Shown piece by piece: positions 9,801 to 20,500 of a DNA stretch of 51,166 bases; positions within the stretch are counted from its first letter, which is position 1; each line of letters starts with the position of its first letter. The notes under the pieces are model-generated. The model saw nothing but the letters and a program-made list of their open reading frames with translations. It was not told the origin of the DNA and searched no databases. The DNA comes from a virus (Duplodnaviria > Heunggongvirae > Uroviricota > Caudoviricetes), in IMG/VR virus record IMGVR_UViG_3300044638_003984. One strand, written 5' to 3'. Position numbers and translations under genes: made by a program.

Positions 9801-12503
9801 ATCAATATAATTCAATTCAATATCTTTATTATTGAATGTGTATGGATTATATTTGATTCTGTAGAGAGTCATTCCATTATCTAAATCATCTGGTTCCTTA
9901 GGATTTAGATTTGCATTACCCTTCAGAACTTTAAAAGATCTATCTGTAGTTGCAACAATCTTATCAATTCTTGGTAACCAGAATGTAACATCAGCATTCA
10001 TATTGGAACCAGAAATTGGAAGTACTGTTGATTCATATGGTCCAGAACCTATTAAAGCCGAGGAAGAATTTCTTACAGGTCTAAAATCTACACAGTTTCT
10101 CAAATCAAAAGTCTTACCTTTTGAAGAAGTAAAAGATGGAATTAGATCATATGAAGGATATGAATCAACATTAAAATAACCAGAACCAGTATGAGTGAAA
10201 TATTCAAAGAATACACTTATTGCACCAGTTACTGTTTGTCCAGGAGCTAACGATAGAGTGCTGTATTCATAAGTAAAGTCACGTTGTCCATTATCAAAAA
10301 TAAATTTATTAGTCACGTCTTTTGTTGGGTCAAACCAATCAGATTGTGAAGTTGAATTTAAAATCTTATGTATTCTCAAACCATCTGGAACAGTTAGGGA
10401 TAAAATATTATCAGTTACAATTGCTGTTGAAAAGTATTTTCTTCCTGAAGCAAGTGAATTTGTATTATATGTATAAGAAGAAGTTGGTGGAGCTATTTCA
10501 TAATATGAAGATGCATCTGGAATAGCCAAGAAACCTGTTGCCCCAGATATAGTTGCAATCTGAGTGGTTTCATCATAAGCAGTAATTAAGAACCCAGTAG
10601 CGCCAGACATAACACCAGTTCCAGCAATAATCTTAATTAATCCATCTTTATAATAATCAGTTGTTGAAGTATTTGCTGTTGATGCCAGACGAATTGTGGT
10701 CGGTGTATTGGGTCCAATTCTAGCATAACCAGTATTAGTTTTTGGATTTACTAGAGTTTTAACTCTTGGAGTTGTAGAATTAGGATTTACAGTATATACT
10801 ACTGCAACGTTTGTTGGTCCAGTTGCACCTAGATTGATTGTACCAGTTCTATTAACATTAGAAAGTGATAATGTAAAATTAGTTATTTGTTCTCCACTTA
10901 AAGTGTTGACAACCAAATAATGTGTTTCTTTTGTTGTTGTATCAGTTCCAGTTTGAAGAGTTTCATTTGTTCCAACAGTCCAAGAAAAACTAGTAGTAGA
11001 AGCTTGTGTATATACACCCTTATATTGATAATCTGTATCTGTAGATACAGTAAATGTTCCAGGATTTAGTGGATCTTCAAGACGGAAAGTTCTGATAGTT
11101 TGCAAACCTGTTTCAAATACATAACTTGCAGTATCAGTTCCGTATAGAACACCAGTTGATCCTGAAGCTGGAGCAACTAGATCAAATTTCTTTGTTGTTC
11201 CATTAGATGATCTTAAAGATCTAACATCTGTGAAACCTGCACCTGCAGTTAAATAGATTGCAAATAGATATAATCTGTATCTAGGAACAGCAGATACAGT
11301 TGAATCGTACTGAATAGAAGAAACTCTACAAGTTCCAATTTGTGATCCGGCTGCATTATAGAAATATAATGTTTCTAGAGATGAGATATCAGGATATCCT
11401 CCAACTACTGTTACAATAACATAATTTCCATAATTCATTCCAATATCGAAACCGTTTTGTGTTTGATCATCGGAATTAGATCTTGGTTTATCTAGATCTA
11501 GATATTGTCTTGCAATAGTTTCGAATTCGTACCCTTTAACATAAGCTTTACCAGGTTCGATATAAGCTCTCAATTTATTTGTATCTGATGGATGATTCTG
11601 AACATCTAACAAGAAAGGTTTCACAGTATAATCGCCAGATTCATCAAAAGTTCTTCTTGCTAGAGTCTTTTCGATTTCAGAGTAAATAGGTCTTGTTACT
11701 TGCTTATATAATTGCCCTTCTCTAACTTCTAGAAGATCGATAAATTTATCAGCTTCTTCAGTGAAGTCTAAAGCTTTTGAAGTCAATGTTAGATTAACTT
11801 TTAATCTATGTGCACCAGGTGCAGCATAATTATAAGAACCTGTCGCATTATCTAACAGAGACTCATCATCTCCCTCATCAATAAATGTGATTTCAGATAA
11901 GAGACCTGCTTTCGCATTAGCTAATCTAGTATATTTTTCTAGATAAGTTGTTTGTTGTGGACAAATTACAAAGAATCCTTTTGTATAGAATATACCATTA
12001 TCGATAGAAGCTGTAGAAGATGGACCACTAATAACTCCAGAAGCAGCTGCTAAACAAGATCCGCCCTCCGCAGCATTAATCGTTTCACTATATTCATCAA
12101 AATCAGTACCATTGAGTGGTTCAACAATAAGAGTTTTAGGATCAGATCCTTCTTTTTCAGCAATAGCAACAACTAAAGCTTGTGCTCCAGTAGTTCCGCC
12201 TGTTATTTTCTTATTAAGAAAACTGGAAATAATAACTTCATCGCCATTATAATTATCTTGAATCTTAATATATTTTCTAGTCTTGACATTAATTGTTGTC
12301 ATTCCACCGACAACAATTGAACCTTCTTTAAAGATATGATTTCCAAATCTTTCTACTTGAGTTTGAAGAATAGACTGCAATTGATTCAATTCTCTAGCTT
12401 GTACTGCATATCCAGGTCTAAATAAAACACGTAGAAAATCTTTAGTCTCTGGTGAGTAATCGTCCCAATATGGTGATGAATTTAATTCTGAAATTGCTGG
12501 CAT
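6828..12503 (-). CDS. DUF4815 / VrlC-like large baseplate-associated structural protein
   Basis: N-terminus LNSSPYWDDY...RVLFRPGYAVQARELNQLQSILQTQVERFGNHIFKEGS, plus ARRTFDESGDY, RYTMRDIG, RFKNGFVVD and DPLAQTF motifs. Confidence 0.85.
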   Translation of the reverse strand: MPAISELNSSPYWDDYSPETKDFLRVLFRPGYAVQARELNQLQSILQTQVERFGNHIFKEGSIVVGGMTTINVKTRKYIKIQDNYNGDEVIISSFLNKKITGGTTGAQALVVAIAEKEGSDPKTLIVEPLNGTDFDEYSETINAAEGGSCLAAASGVISGPSSTASIDNGIFYTKGFFVICPQQTTYLEKYTRLANAKAGLLSEITFIDEGDDESLLDNATGSYNYAAPGAHRLKVNLTLTSKALDFTEEADKFIDLLEVREGQLYKQVTRPIYSEIEKTLARRTFDESGDYTVKPFLLDVQNHPSDTNKLRAYIEPGKAYVKGYEFETIARQYLDLDKPRSNSDDQTQNGFDIGMNYGNYVIVTVVGGYPDISSLETLYFYNAAGSQIGTCRVSSIQYDSTVSAVPRYRLYLFAIYLTAGAGFTDVRSLRSSNGTTKKFDLVAPASGSTGVLYGTDTASYVFETGLQTIRTFRLEDPLNPGTFTVSTDTDYQYKGVYTQASTTSFSWTVGTNETLQTGTDTTTKETHYLVVNTLSGEQITNFTLSLSNVNRTGTINLGATGPTNVAVVYTVNPNSTTPRVKTLVNPKTNTGYARIGPNTPTTIRLASTANTSTTDYYKDGLIKIIAGTGVMSGATGFLITAYDETTQIATISGATGFLAIPDASSYYEIAPPTSSYTYNTNSLASGRKYFSTAIVTDNILSLTVPDGLRIHKILNSTSQSDWFDPTKDVTNKFIFDNGQRDFTYEYSTLSLAPGQTVTGAISVFFEYFTHTGSGYFNVDSYPSYDLIPSFTSSKGKTFDLRNCVDFRPVRNSSSALIGSGPYESTVLPISGSNMNADVTFWLPRIDKIVATTDRSFKVLKGNANLNPKEPDDLDNGMTLYRIKYNPYTFNNKDIELNYIDNKRYTMRDIGRIEKRIEKIEYYSLLNMLERETASLDVTDANGNDRFKNGFVVDTFTGHGVGDVTNLDYRCSIDERSQEARPRFYNKNYDLFLKTSESSGYTLRGSLLSRSFTTSNFIEQPFASQAVNVNPYAVFSWRGTMTISPSVDFWKDERIRPENIINMNGTNDNIQTGIDFSGSRWNSWETNFNGETEDAEDLFMRAQLGAGRPAATVNLDPRNGMFDISDWRYEEVNVPSGTGNVGPDNTRRAQWRNWRNGVTATAEIRGTVPAAPFPAITTTGTRVQNQQQLNTRTNTVRFADRVVDVSSSQWMRSKTISFSATGLKPGTVLYPFFDDVLISRYVSWTSGNITDASGSISGTFTIPDATFLVGDRILRLSDNSENNKALETTFAQARYTANGILLHKQTESINIRTPEPQIPVPQDPLAQTFFVDPTIFPNGLFLDSVDVFFKTKDSSIPVTVQIRPTVNGYPSSTTILPFAEKTLAPASVNVSATASTATNFQFPSIVYLEPGEYSIVILANSQNYEAWIAEIGQKKVDSNDLITQQPYVGSLFKSQNSSTWTAEQTQDLKFNLKRCSFTEGSFTAVLTDYATVQTRTKTATGSSGSYIITVNNTDDLSVGQSVSGTGIGSSAEILYIDGFNITLTVVNSGTVSGNVTFTGKTSGDGYADVIWVGLSTIEFPNTTVTSSFISKPDGSSLDSSYTTFLTNKNYEFSGRREIVANAESFKHRVVGNVTSNHVSPVIDMEKNNFITIQNDINNITETTTTTTGATGFNSTVIGVNSTQYIQNGSLIKIDSEYMYVTSGGGYSGATGITVQRGALGSGYAIGGATGTLVGASSIGSGATVYSLSETFPTGGVAASKYITRPVVLQSPADYLKVYLTAVRLPGTDIKVYYKIKAAEDTDILSNKSWIEMQKEYPGDNSYSLDNLDFKEYIFRPDSDAYPANISYGAQNGWVVYKSFNQFAIKIVFLSSDTTVIPKIADFRAIALDRLI

Positions 12504-12512
12504 TTAATCCTC

Positions 12513-14507
12513 TTAGAATTGAATAATAACTCTAATATCTTCAATTTGTTCGACGTATCTTGAGAGCGGAGTTCTATTTTCTACATATATCACAGTTCCA
12601 GTATTTGGATGAACACCAACATCAGTAATACTTGATGTAGTAAAGGTAGAAGAACCAGTTGTAGTTGAAGTCGCTGCGAAATACGGATAATTTACAGATG
12701 CAGTACCAGTTCCGGAACCAACACCGGTGGCAGTGAATGTTACTCCTACATTATTCGAGGCCGCTCCGATCAGCGTGAAATCAGTAGTTCCGACTGTAAC
12801 AATAGTATATGTAGAACCTGATACAAAGTTACCTGCTGTTGATGCTACTGTATTTGTAAGATTAGTTATATAAACTTTCTTATTAACAGTATCGTGTTGT
12901 ACAACTGTTCCTTTTGCTGTTTCAGAATTAACAGTTCCTTGATAAATTGTAGTGTCTGCTGGAATTACTGCTGTTCCTGATATCGTCTCATAATTTAAAA
13001 TGAGGCATTGATTGATAACAGAAGAAGTAGCTAAGAATCCGTAATAAGATGTATTATCTGGAAGAACGTCGAATGGTTCTGTGACAGTTAATAGTTTTGT
13101 TGATCCTACATAATCTTCGACTGTTCTCAATTGTCCTCTACCTTTTCCAGAGTATATATAAATTTTCTTCCCATTGTGGAAATCGTTTACTGCAGAATCT
13201 GTTGAAGAAAGCGTCATCTGTGATGTGGTTAAACCAGAAGTTCTTGCTTGTGCTTGTTTCAATGATCCATAGATTAATGGGTCAATTATAATGCCAATTT
13301 TTCTATATTCGTTCGATGATACAATTACACCACCTTCGTCGCCAGAAAATTTAGTTTTTGATAGTAGATTAAATGCACCCAATTCTACTACAGGATCCGA
13401 ACCATGTCCACCAAATGGAGATATAATTGCCTCAGCTGCAGCTCCAGAACCGGATCCTCCAGAAAATGTAATAGAACATTCACTATAACCTGAACCTGCT
13501 GCAAATATTTGAATTTCCCTTAAAGCATTACTTGACATTCTAGCAATAGCAATCAATCCAGAACCATTTCCGGTTGCAACAACTTTTGGTGAAATGAATG
13601 CTCTCAAGCTTCCAGTAACCGAACCGCTCAACGTTAATGTATTTGTGGAACCAACATAATCAGTTACTTCTACAACTTCTTGTACAACACCAGAACCATT
13701 TTTAGTGTATAGATAACATCCATTATAAACATCATTTGTTCCACTTGGAGAACCAGAAGTTATAGCTATAGAAGCTCCTGAACCGCTGTAAGTGAACCCT
13801 TGTGTATTAGTTGTATTAGAATCATCTGTTGCTGGTAATATATTTGTGTAAGACGATCCTGAATTTGTTACTTTGATATTATACACACCACCAGGAACGG
13901 CATTAGTAATGATATCCCAATTGTCAGTTCCATCATCTTCAGTTAGGGTACGAACTGGAAACCAATCAGTCGTTAAGAATTCCGAAGCATCTAGAGGCTT
14001 CAGAGTATACATATATTTCCAGATATAACCATCTGATAGTGGTGTGTATGTATCAGATCCTATAAATGCCACTGTAGTTGGTTCTACTGTAGAAGCAACT
14101 CCATAAGGATTAGAAGGAGTTGCTCCATTATCTACACATTTATACACTCTATAATCATCAGATACCACATAAAAAGGATAATATTCATTTGTTGAAATTG
14201 TTCTCTTAGTTAGAAGATCAGATAGATCTACTTTATCAGAATACGCTTGATATCTTCTATTTTCTTGCCAACGATATAAACGAATTACATTTACGCAATT
14301 TGAAATAGAAACTCTCTTGAGATATAACATTTCATCATGCGCTTCTGGTTCAAGGGTAAATGTATCGTAAACAGAAGGTGGTGTTAAATCGCCTTCAGTC
14401 CAACTAGTTGGCTTAGAAACAAAGAAATATACTGATTCGTCTTCGACTGTATTCTTGAAATTATTAAGATTTTTGTGTCTCAAAGAAGAACTTAGAACTG
14501 TAGGCAT
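12513..14507 (-). CDS. gp8: Baseplate wedge subunit gp8
   Basis: YRVYKCVDNG, DGYIWKYMYT and PFGGHGSDPVVELGA motifs; C-terminal YVENRTPLSR..EQIEDIRVIIQF. Confidence 0.85.
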   Translation of the reverse strand: MPTVLSSSLRHKNLNNFKNTVEDESVYFFVSKPTSWTEGDLTPPSVYDTFTLEPEAHDEMLYLKRVSISNCVNVIRLYRWQENRRYQAYSDKVDLSDLLTKRTISTNEYYPFYVVSDDYRVYKCVDNGATPSNPYGVASTVEPTTVAFIGSDTYTPLSDGYIWKYMYTLKPLDASEFLTTDWFPVRTLTEDDGTDNWDIITNAVPGGVYNIKVTNSGSSYTNILPATDDSNTTNTQGFTYSGSGASIAITSGSPSGTNDVYNGCYLYTKNGSGVVQEVVEVTDYVGSTNTLTLSGSVTGSLRAFISPKVVATGNGSGLIAIARMSSNALREIQIFAAGSGYSECSITFSGGSGSGAAAEAIISPFGGHGSDPVVELGAFNLLSKTKFSGDEGGVIVSSNEYRKIGIIIDPLIYGSLKQAQARTSGLTTSQMTLSSTDSAVNDFHNGKKIYIYSGKGRGQLRTVEDYVGSTKLLTVTEPFDVLPDNTSYYGFLATSSVINQCLILNYETISGTAVIPADTTIYQGTVNSETAKGTVVQHDTVNKKVYITNLTNTVASTAGNFVSGSTYTIVTVGTTDFTLIGAASNNVGVTFTATGVGSGTGTASVNYPYFAATSTTTGSSTFTTSSITDVGVHPNTGTVIYVENRTPLSRYVEQIEDIRVIIQF

Positions 14508-14529
14508 GTTTTATTTAATCCCTTTTAAC

Positions 14530-14537
14530 TATTTATA
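14530..14537 (-). promoter_or_regulatory. T4-type late promoter TATAAATA upstream of gp8
   Basis: Perfect consensus, overlapping the gp7 stop codon, 23 nt before the gp8 ATG. Confidence 0.7.
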
Positions 14538-17500
14538 ATGGATATGTTTTAATGATACAACCAATTGGTTGGTTTATAGATTTCCATCCAGAATACATTT
14601 CTGAACCAGTAGAACCAATTATATTGATATTAGAATTATTCTTAGATCTAGACAAATAATTTGTATTATTCAATTCATCAGATTCTTCATCTTTTTCTAC
14701 ATACAATATCTTATTTATACGATCGTATTTGATAACTCTCATCTTATTGAAAACGAGAGGATCTGATATTGACTGTTGCAATAAAGTTTCGCCATATTCG
14801 AAGATTGGTTGAGGTTTACCAGTAAATGTAACTGTAAAAGATAATGTATCTATTGTTGGTTTATCTAGATATATTTTAGTTCCGGATATTTCTTTTATCT
14901 TTGTATTAATATTAATTCCAGAACCAGAAACTGATTGTCCAACATACAAATTATTTCTATCAAAAGAAATATCATTTAGAGTAATATAATCTAAACCAGA
15001 TATACATGAACATGTGGTTGTTATAGTTGTATTATCGATATAATATTGATAATTACCAAACATAGAATATCTTGATATCGAATCAACACTTACGGCAGAA
15101 TTTAGGGGCGATAAAATAATTTTAATATTCGCACCAGTTCCAACTATTCCTGTTGCTCCAGGAGATATAACAACTTTTGGTTCATAAATATAACCTCTTC
15201 CGCCATTTGTTGGAACTATACCCGTAATTTTTCCTGTACCATCTACACTAGTAATAGTAGCAGCAGCACCAGTACCATAACCACCAGAAAACGAAATTGT
15301 GTTTGCAGTACTATATCCTACTCCTCCAGAAGAGATGCTTAAAGAAAGTATACTGCTACCATAATGATCGTCATTATAATTTGCACCAGAAGGTCCAGTT
15401 GCTCCACCAGGATAAGGATATAGATCAGGATAAATGAAGTATGTTGAATTGCCAGGTGTTATAGTTCCTGTAGGATATCCATAACATTCAACTGTATTTG
15501 TTATCTCATCATATTCTTTAATGTTAAGTACACTATTCGTTCCATCTCCTGAAGAAATAATTAAATTGAAATTCTTATAAAGATCGTTTTGAGGATGTAA
15601 TTTGTGATCTCCAGAACCAGGTGCAATATTAATAAATCCAGTAGCACCTGTTGCTCCTGATATAGCATTATTGTATGTATCAGCCAATTGGATATTATTC
15701 GAATCTACAACAATTACATAATATGAATTTCCTGAAGATAAACCAGTTATATTTGAGTTACCATTATTATTATAAGTTAATCTATTTGCTGTAGTTAACT
15801 CATGTATAGGAATGTTAATCATATAACCAGTCGCACCTACTGATCCTGCAGGTCCTGTTGCTCCAATGATAGCAGTGGAACTATCAAATGTATATTTTGT
15901 AATTCCAGTTGCACCAAGGATTCCTGTGGCACCAGTTAATGGATTCAAAATATAAGCCAAATCATATTCAGATAAACCAATAGATAAACCAGTTGCACCT
16001 GGATCGGGAACTAAGAATGATCCGTAATTTGAAGATGATATCAAATAATTTTGTATCATTCTGAATGATAAAGAACCATTTGTTCCTGGATCAACTGTAG
16101 ATGATAGAATAATTGTTTTGGTAGTTCCATCATAATCAGTAACAGTTCTTATTTGTTTTGTAGTGTCTGGAAAAGTTATGATAATTGTATATCCAATATA
16201 TTCGTCATCTTGATCGGATAACCCAGTTTCTCCTAAATCTAATTCAGAAAAAACAACTGATGGTGTTATAACCACGGTACCAAATATATTTTGGAAGAAA
16301 TCTGGAATACCTGTTCCAATATTTCGCACGATATCATTAACAGTTGGACCTAACATAGATTTTCCTGGATCCAATTCAGAAACAACAGGAAGAATGGATG
16401 TTTTGGCGTGATCTATTGGATAATATTCTAATCTAGCAGTACCAGATAATTGAGAACCAAAAGTATGTGTTGGACCAGTCGACCCAGAAGTTGTGCCTGA
16501 AGATATGACTCTATACCAATTCCCATTTGATTTCAGAATATCATCGGCAGAAACACCAGTAGAACCAGACCAAAAACGATAACCCGGATCATAATTAGTG
16601 AGATAAGTTTTACCATTTATTGCAGTTGCTGGTCCAATAATTGGTGTAATAGAATAATTTGTAGTGAAACCAGTTGCACCTGATATTGTTACTGTGGGAG
16701 AGATGAAGTAATCTGTACCAGTATTTGTTATATCAACAGAAGAAATAAAAACGCCTGTAGAACCCCAGGATAGAGTTACTGTTCCTGAGGCATTTGCTCC
16801 AGTTGCTCCAGTAAATACAAGAGAATATCCACCAGGAGTCATATAATTAGAAATACCAGCATTAGAAATAATACAATCTATAATTCCAACAGTGTGAACT
16901 GGTCCAGTTGAACCAAACTCAGCACTAAAATTAGCTATAGAATTACCTGTTATCTTATAGAAGTTTGAACCGTTATATATTATATCTCCATTATATCCAA
17001 CAAATGGAGGATAATATTGTAAGATCATTGTTCCATTAGGATATGATCCTTCTATATGAGTTGGTGGGTTTGTTCCAGGTTCTCCAGCTTGTGTTACTAG
17101 ATAATAATTCTCATTCCAGTTAACAATATCATTTAGCACAAATCCAGTGGCTCCAGTTTGTTGCCATAATTTTGGAGTAGTTTCTATTCCAGGATACCAA
17201 TGATATGGATCAAAAGAATCTCTTACAAATTTATTTCTTCTACTTAGAACTGAGGTGAATGTTTGGATGTATTCATTGTAATCTGTTTCTATTAAAATTT
17301 CTTGTCTTCTATAAATTCTAACAATAGATCCTTGTGGTAATGCTGGAGAAAATTCTATTGTATTAGCATCTTGCATAGTAAAATCAGTACCATATTTTTG
17401 CAAAACACCATCTACATAAACAGTCAAGACTTTATCTGCAACACCAGATAGAATCAACTTAGCCGTTCCATTTGTTTGTTCGCCACTAGTGATAGATGGT

Positions 17501-20500
17501 GGTGTCGATCCAAATGTTCCTGGCCCAGAAACAATAAAGACATAATCATCAGATCCGGATCTTAAAAATATCTTAGTTGGATTTTCTAAAGTTCCTACAG
17601 AAACAATATCTCCGGCTTGCCATTCTGTTCCATTATTCAATAAAGAAGCAATATCGAAAGTCGATTGACCTAATGGATCAGTTACAAAATAAGTGTATTG
17701 TTCATAATAAGCATTATAGTTATCTCTCTCATCGTATAGAGATTCATCTCTAACAGATAGAATTCTAGAAAAATATCTTAGACCAGCAGGATGTATTGTT
17801 TTTTCTAAGATTGTTCCGAAGATTCTAGCAGATTGATCTGAAATAATCTCATATGAGAAATCTTGATAATATTCTGAATCTTGAATCTTCTTTGCTGAAG
17901 AAGGCTGTCCATCAGTTCCAATATAATCACCATCATATTTCAATAATCCAGAAAAATTAGCAGTAAATTCTGCTCCTTGACCACCTTCTGTATTCGAAGC
18001 AGTAATATTTGGTTGAGTTTGATAATTAAAACCGAAATTTTGAATCTTATAATCTGTAATAGAATTAACCGAAACTTGTGATAACGAATGAATTTGATGT
18101 AAACCAGTAGATCCTAATGAAACCAATAATCCTGTAGTTCCTGCAATAGCACCTGCGTAAGTTGTGTATAACTGAACGCCAGTTGACCCAGTTATTCTTG
18201 CGTAATAAGTTACACCATCATTTAGACCTAATGCTCCAGTTGCGCCTGCAGGACCAGTTGTTCCATTAAATGAATATAATAACCCACGTCCAGTCTTGAA
18301 ATTGTGTGGAGTTTTGAATGTTATTGTCTTTGAAGATACATCTACATATGGTGTTTCTAATAACTTAGATAGAGAATGAACTTTTGTTCTTTCAGATAAA
18401 TTATTCGATTCAACAGAAACCAATGATCCAGTAGTTCCTGCAATAGCACCTGCGTAAGTTGTGTATAACTGAACGCCAGTTGACCCAGTTATTCTTGCGT
18501 AATAAGTTGCGGATTCTTTTAATCCAATTGGTGATAGATATAATTTATGTGTTTGTACAGTTCCTGATTGAGAAAGTCCTATTAATCCTGTCGATCCTAG
18601 AGTAGAATTAAAGTAAGAATCATATAATCTTACATATCTTCCACGAATATCAGAATACATTTTCGCAGTTGCTTCTGCGTTTCCAGATGAAAATGTAATT
18701 GTAGGATTAATTCCATAACCAAAACCATGATCGGTAATTGTGATTGAAGTAATACCAGTTGCGCCATTAATTAATCCAATATTTGCTGTTGCTAATGCAT
18801 TACGTCCTATAAATTCCCAATAACCTGTTGCACCAATACTATGAAGTGGCGTTGATGTAGAATTAGGAACTAATGCATAAGATCTGTAGAATTTAGTAGA
18901 TACACCAGTCGCACCAGGAATCGCAAAATTGACTCCGATTATTGTTCCCTGAACAAATCCTGTCGATCCAATATTAGATCCAGTCGCACCAATGAAGAAA
19001 CCAGTTGCACCATTATAGAAACCAGTTGCGCCTGTCGCTCCAGTAAATGGATTTGAAAATGTTATAACTGGTGCAGAAGTATAACCAGAACCTGGTTCTG
19101 TAATTTCCACTTCTGCAACAATCTTAGAATCATCGTTAAATGAAATTCTTACCCAATAAGTCTTATTATCATTTAAACCTATTACACCAGTAGCACCTTC
19201 AGGACCAGTTGCACCAGCAAACGAATAAATTACTCTATCCCCATCAGAGTAATTATGTAGATTATCTAGAATAATACAATCATTTTGAGCGTCAACATTT
19301 GAAATTATATCGAATTCTGCAATAGGAGTGTCTATTTCACTGTTATTCAAAGAATACACTACGGAATCGCCGTTACTATAATTATGTGATGTGTTGAATG
19401 TTATAGTCTTTGAAATAGTATTCACATCAGTTTTAATATCAAAAGATTTAGAGACTTCTCCAAATTCACTTGAAATATTTAAATATTTTGGCTCATCGAT
19501 TACAGTTCCTACTTCAGTTACTCTTGCTAAGAATGATGAATCTGTGATAATCTGATCATCTATAGAATAATTTATGCCGCCATCTAAGATATTCAAGGAA
19601 GAAATACAAGGACGAATTACAGCAATAGATTGTTCTGATCTAGTTTTAGCATAAGAATAAACTTTAATTTCTTCATCATTTTCAAAAGTACCATTAATTT
19701 CATTTAATCTTAGTTCCAATGTCAATCCGCCGCCAGCTGCCACATCAACAACAGATTGAATTGTTGCAGTTGCACCTGAATCAACACCAATAATCCTTTC
19801 GCCCAGATAAGATTCAGTGAATGATTCTTCGGTTTCTGAAGGATTTGATGGATTAACACGTATAACAAAATCTTCCGACCATTTTCCATCAGATACTCTG
19901 AGCATATCTGTTTTAGGATAATAGATTTCTACATCTGAATCGAATAGAATTCTGAACAAGAATTGAATTGATTTCTCTGCACCCTTTGAATTATAGAATT
20001 GTTTGATGAACTTAATGAATTTTCTAACATCAACTTCTCTCGATTCAACTAAGTTATCTGTCTCAAGATACAATTTATCAGGAATATTTGGAATTAATTC
20101 TCTTCTTAAAGATTGTATACATCTCTCAATAGTTTCATCAATATCTCTAGAATATTGTGCTGCAGTTACAGAAGCATTCAATCCACCAAAATCTGTTGTG
20201 GTTACAGTTTCTAAAACAGCTCCAGATCCTCCGCCACCAGTTATAACAGCTTTAGGTTCTTCTTCTTTAGTATATCCAGAGCCAGGATTTGTTATGACAA
20301 TTTTCTTAACTGCACCAGAATCTAAAATTGGTGTAGCACCTGCTCCTGATGCGGAACCTGCTCTTGGATCAGTTATATATTGGCCAGAATTATTCTTTGT
20401 AGCGAAATATACAACAACGGATTCCGGTCCGCCTTCTGTTACATATTTTGAAGAAACATTAGCAAAAGAATAAACTCCTGTTGCTCCGGAATGCCATGGT

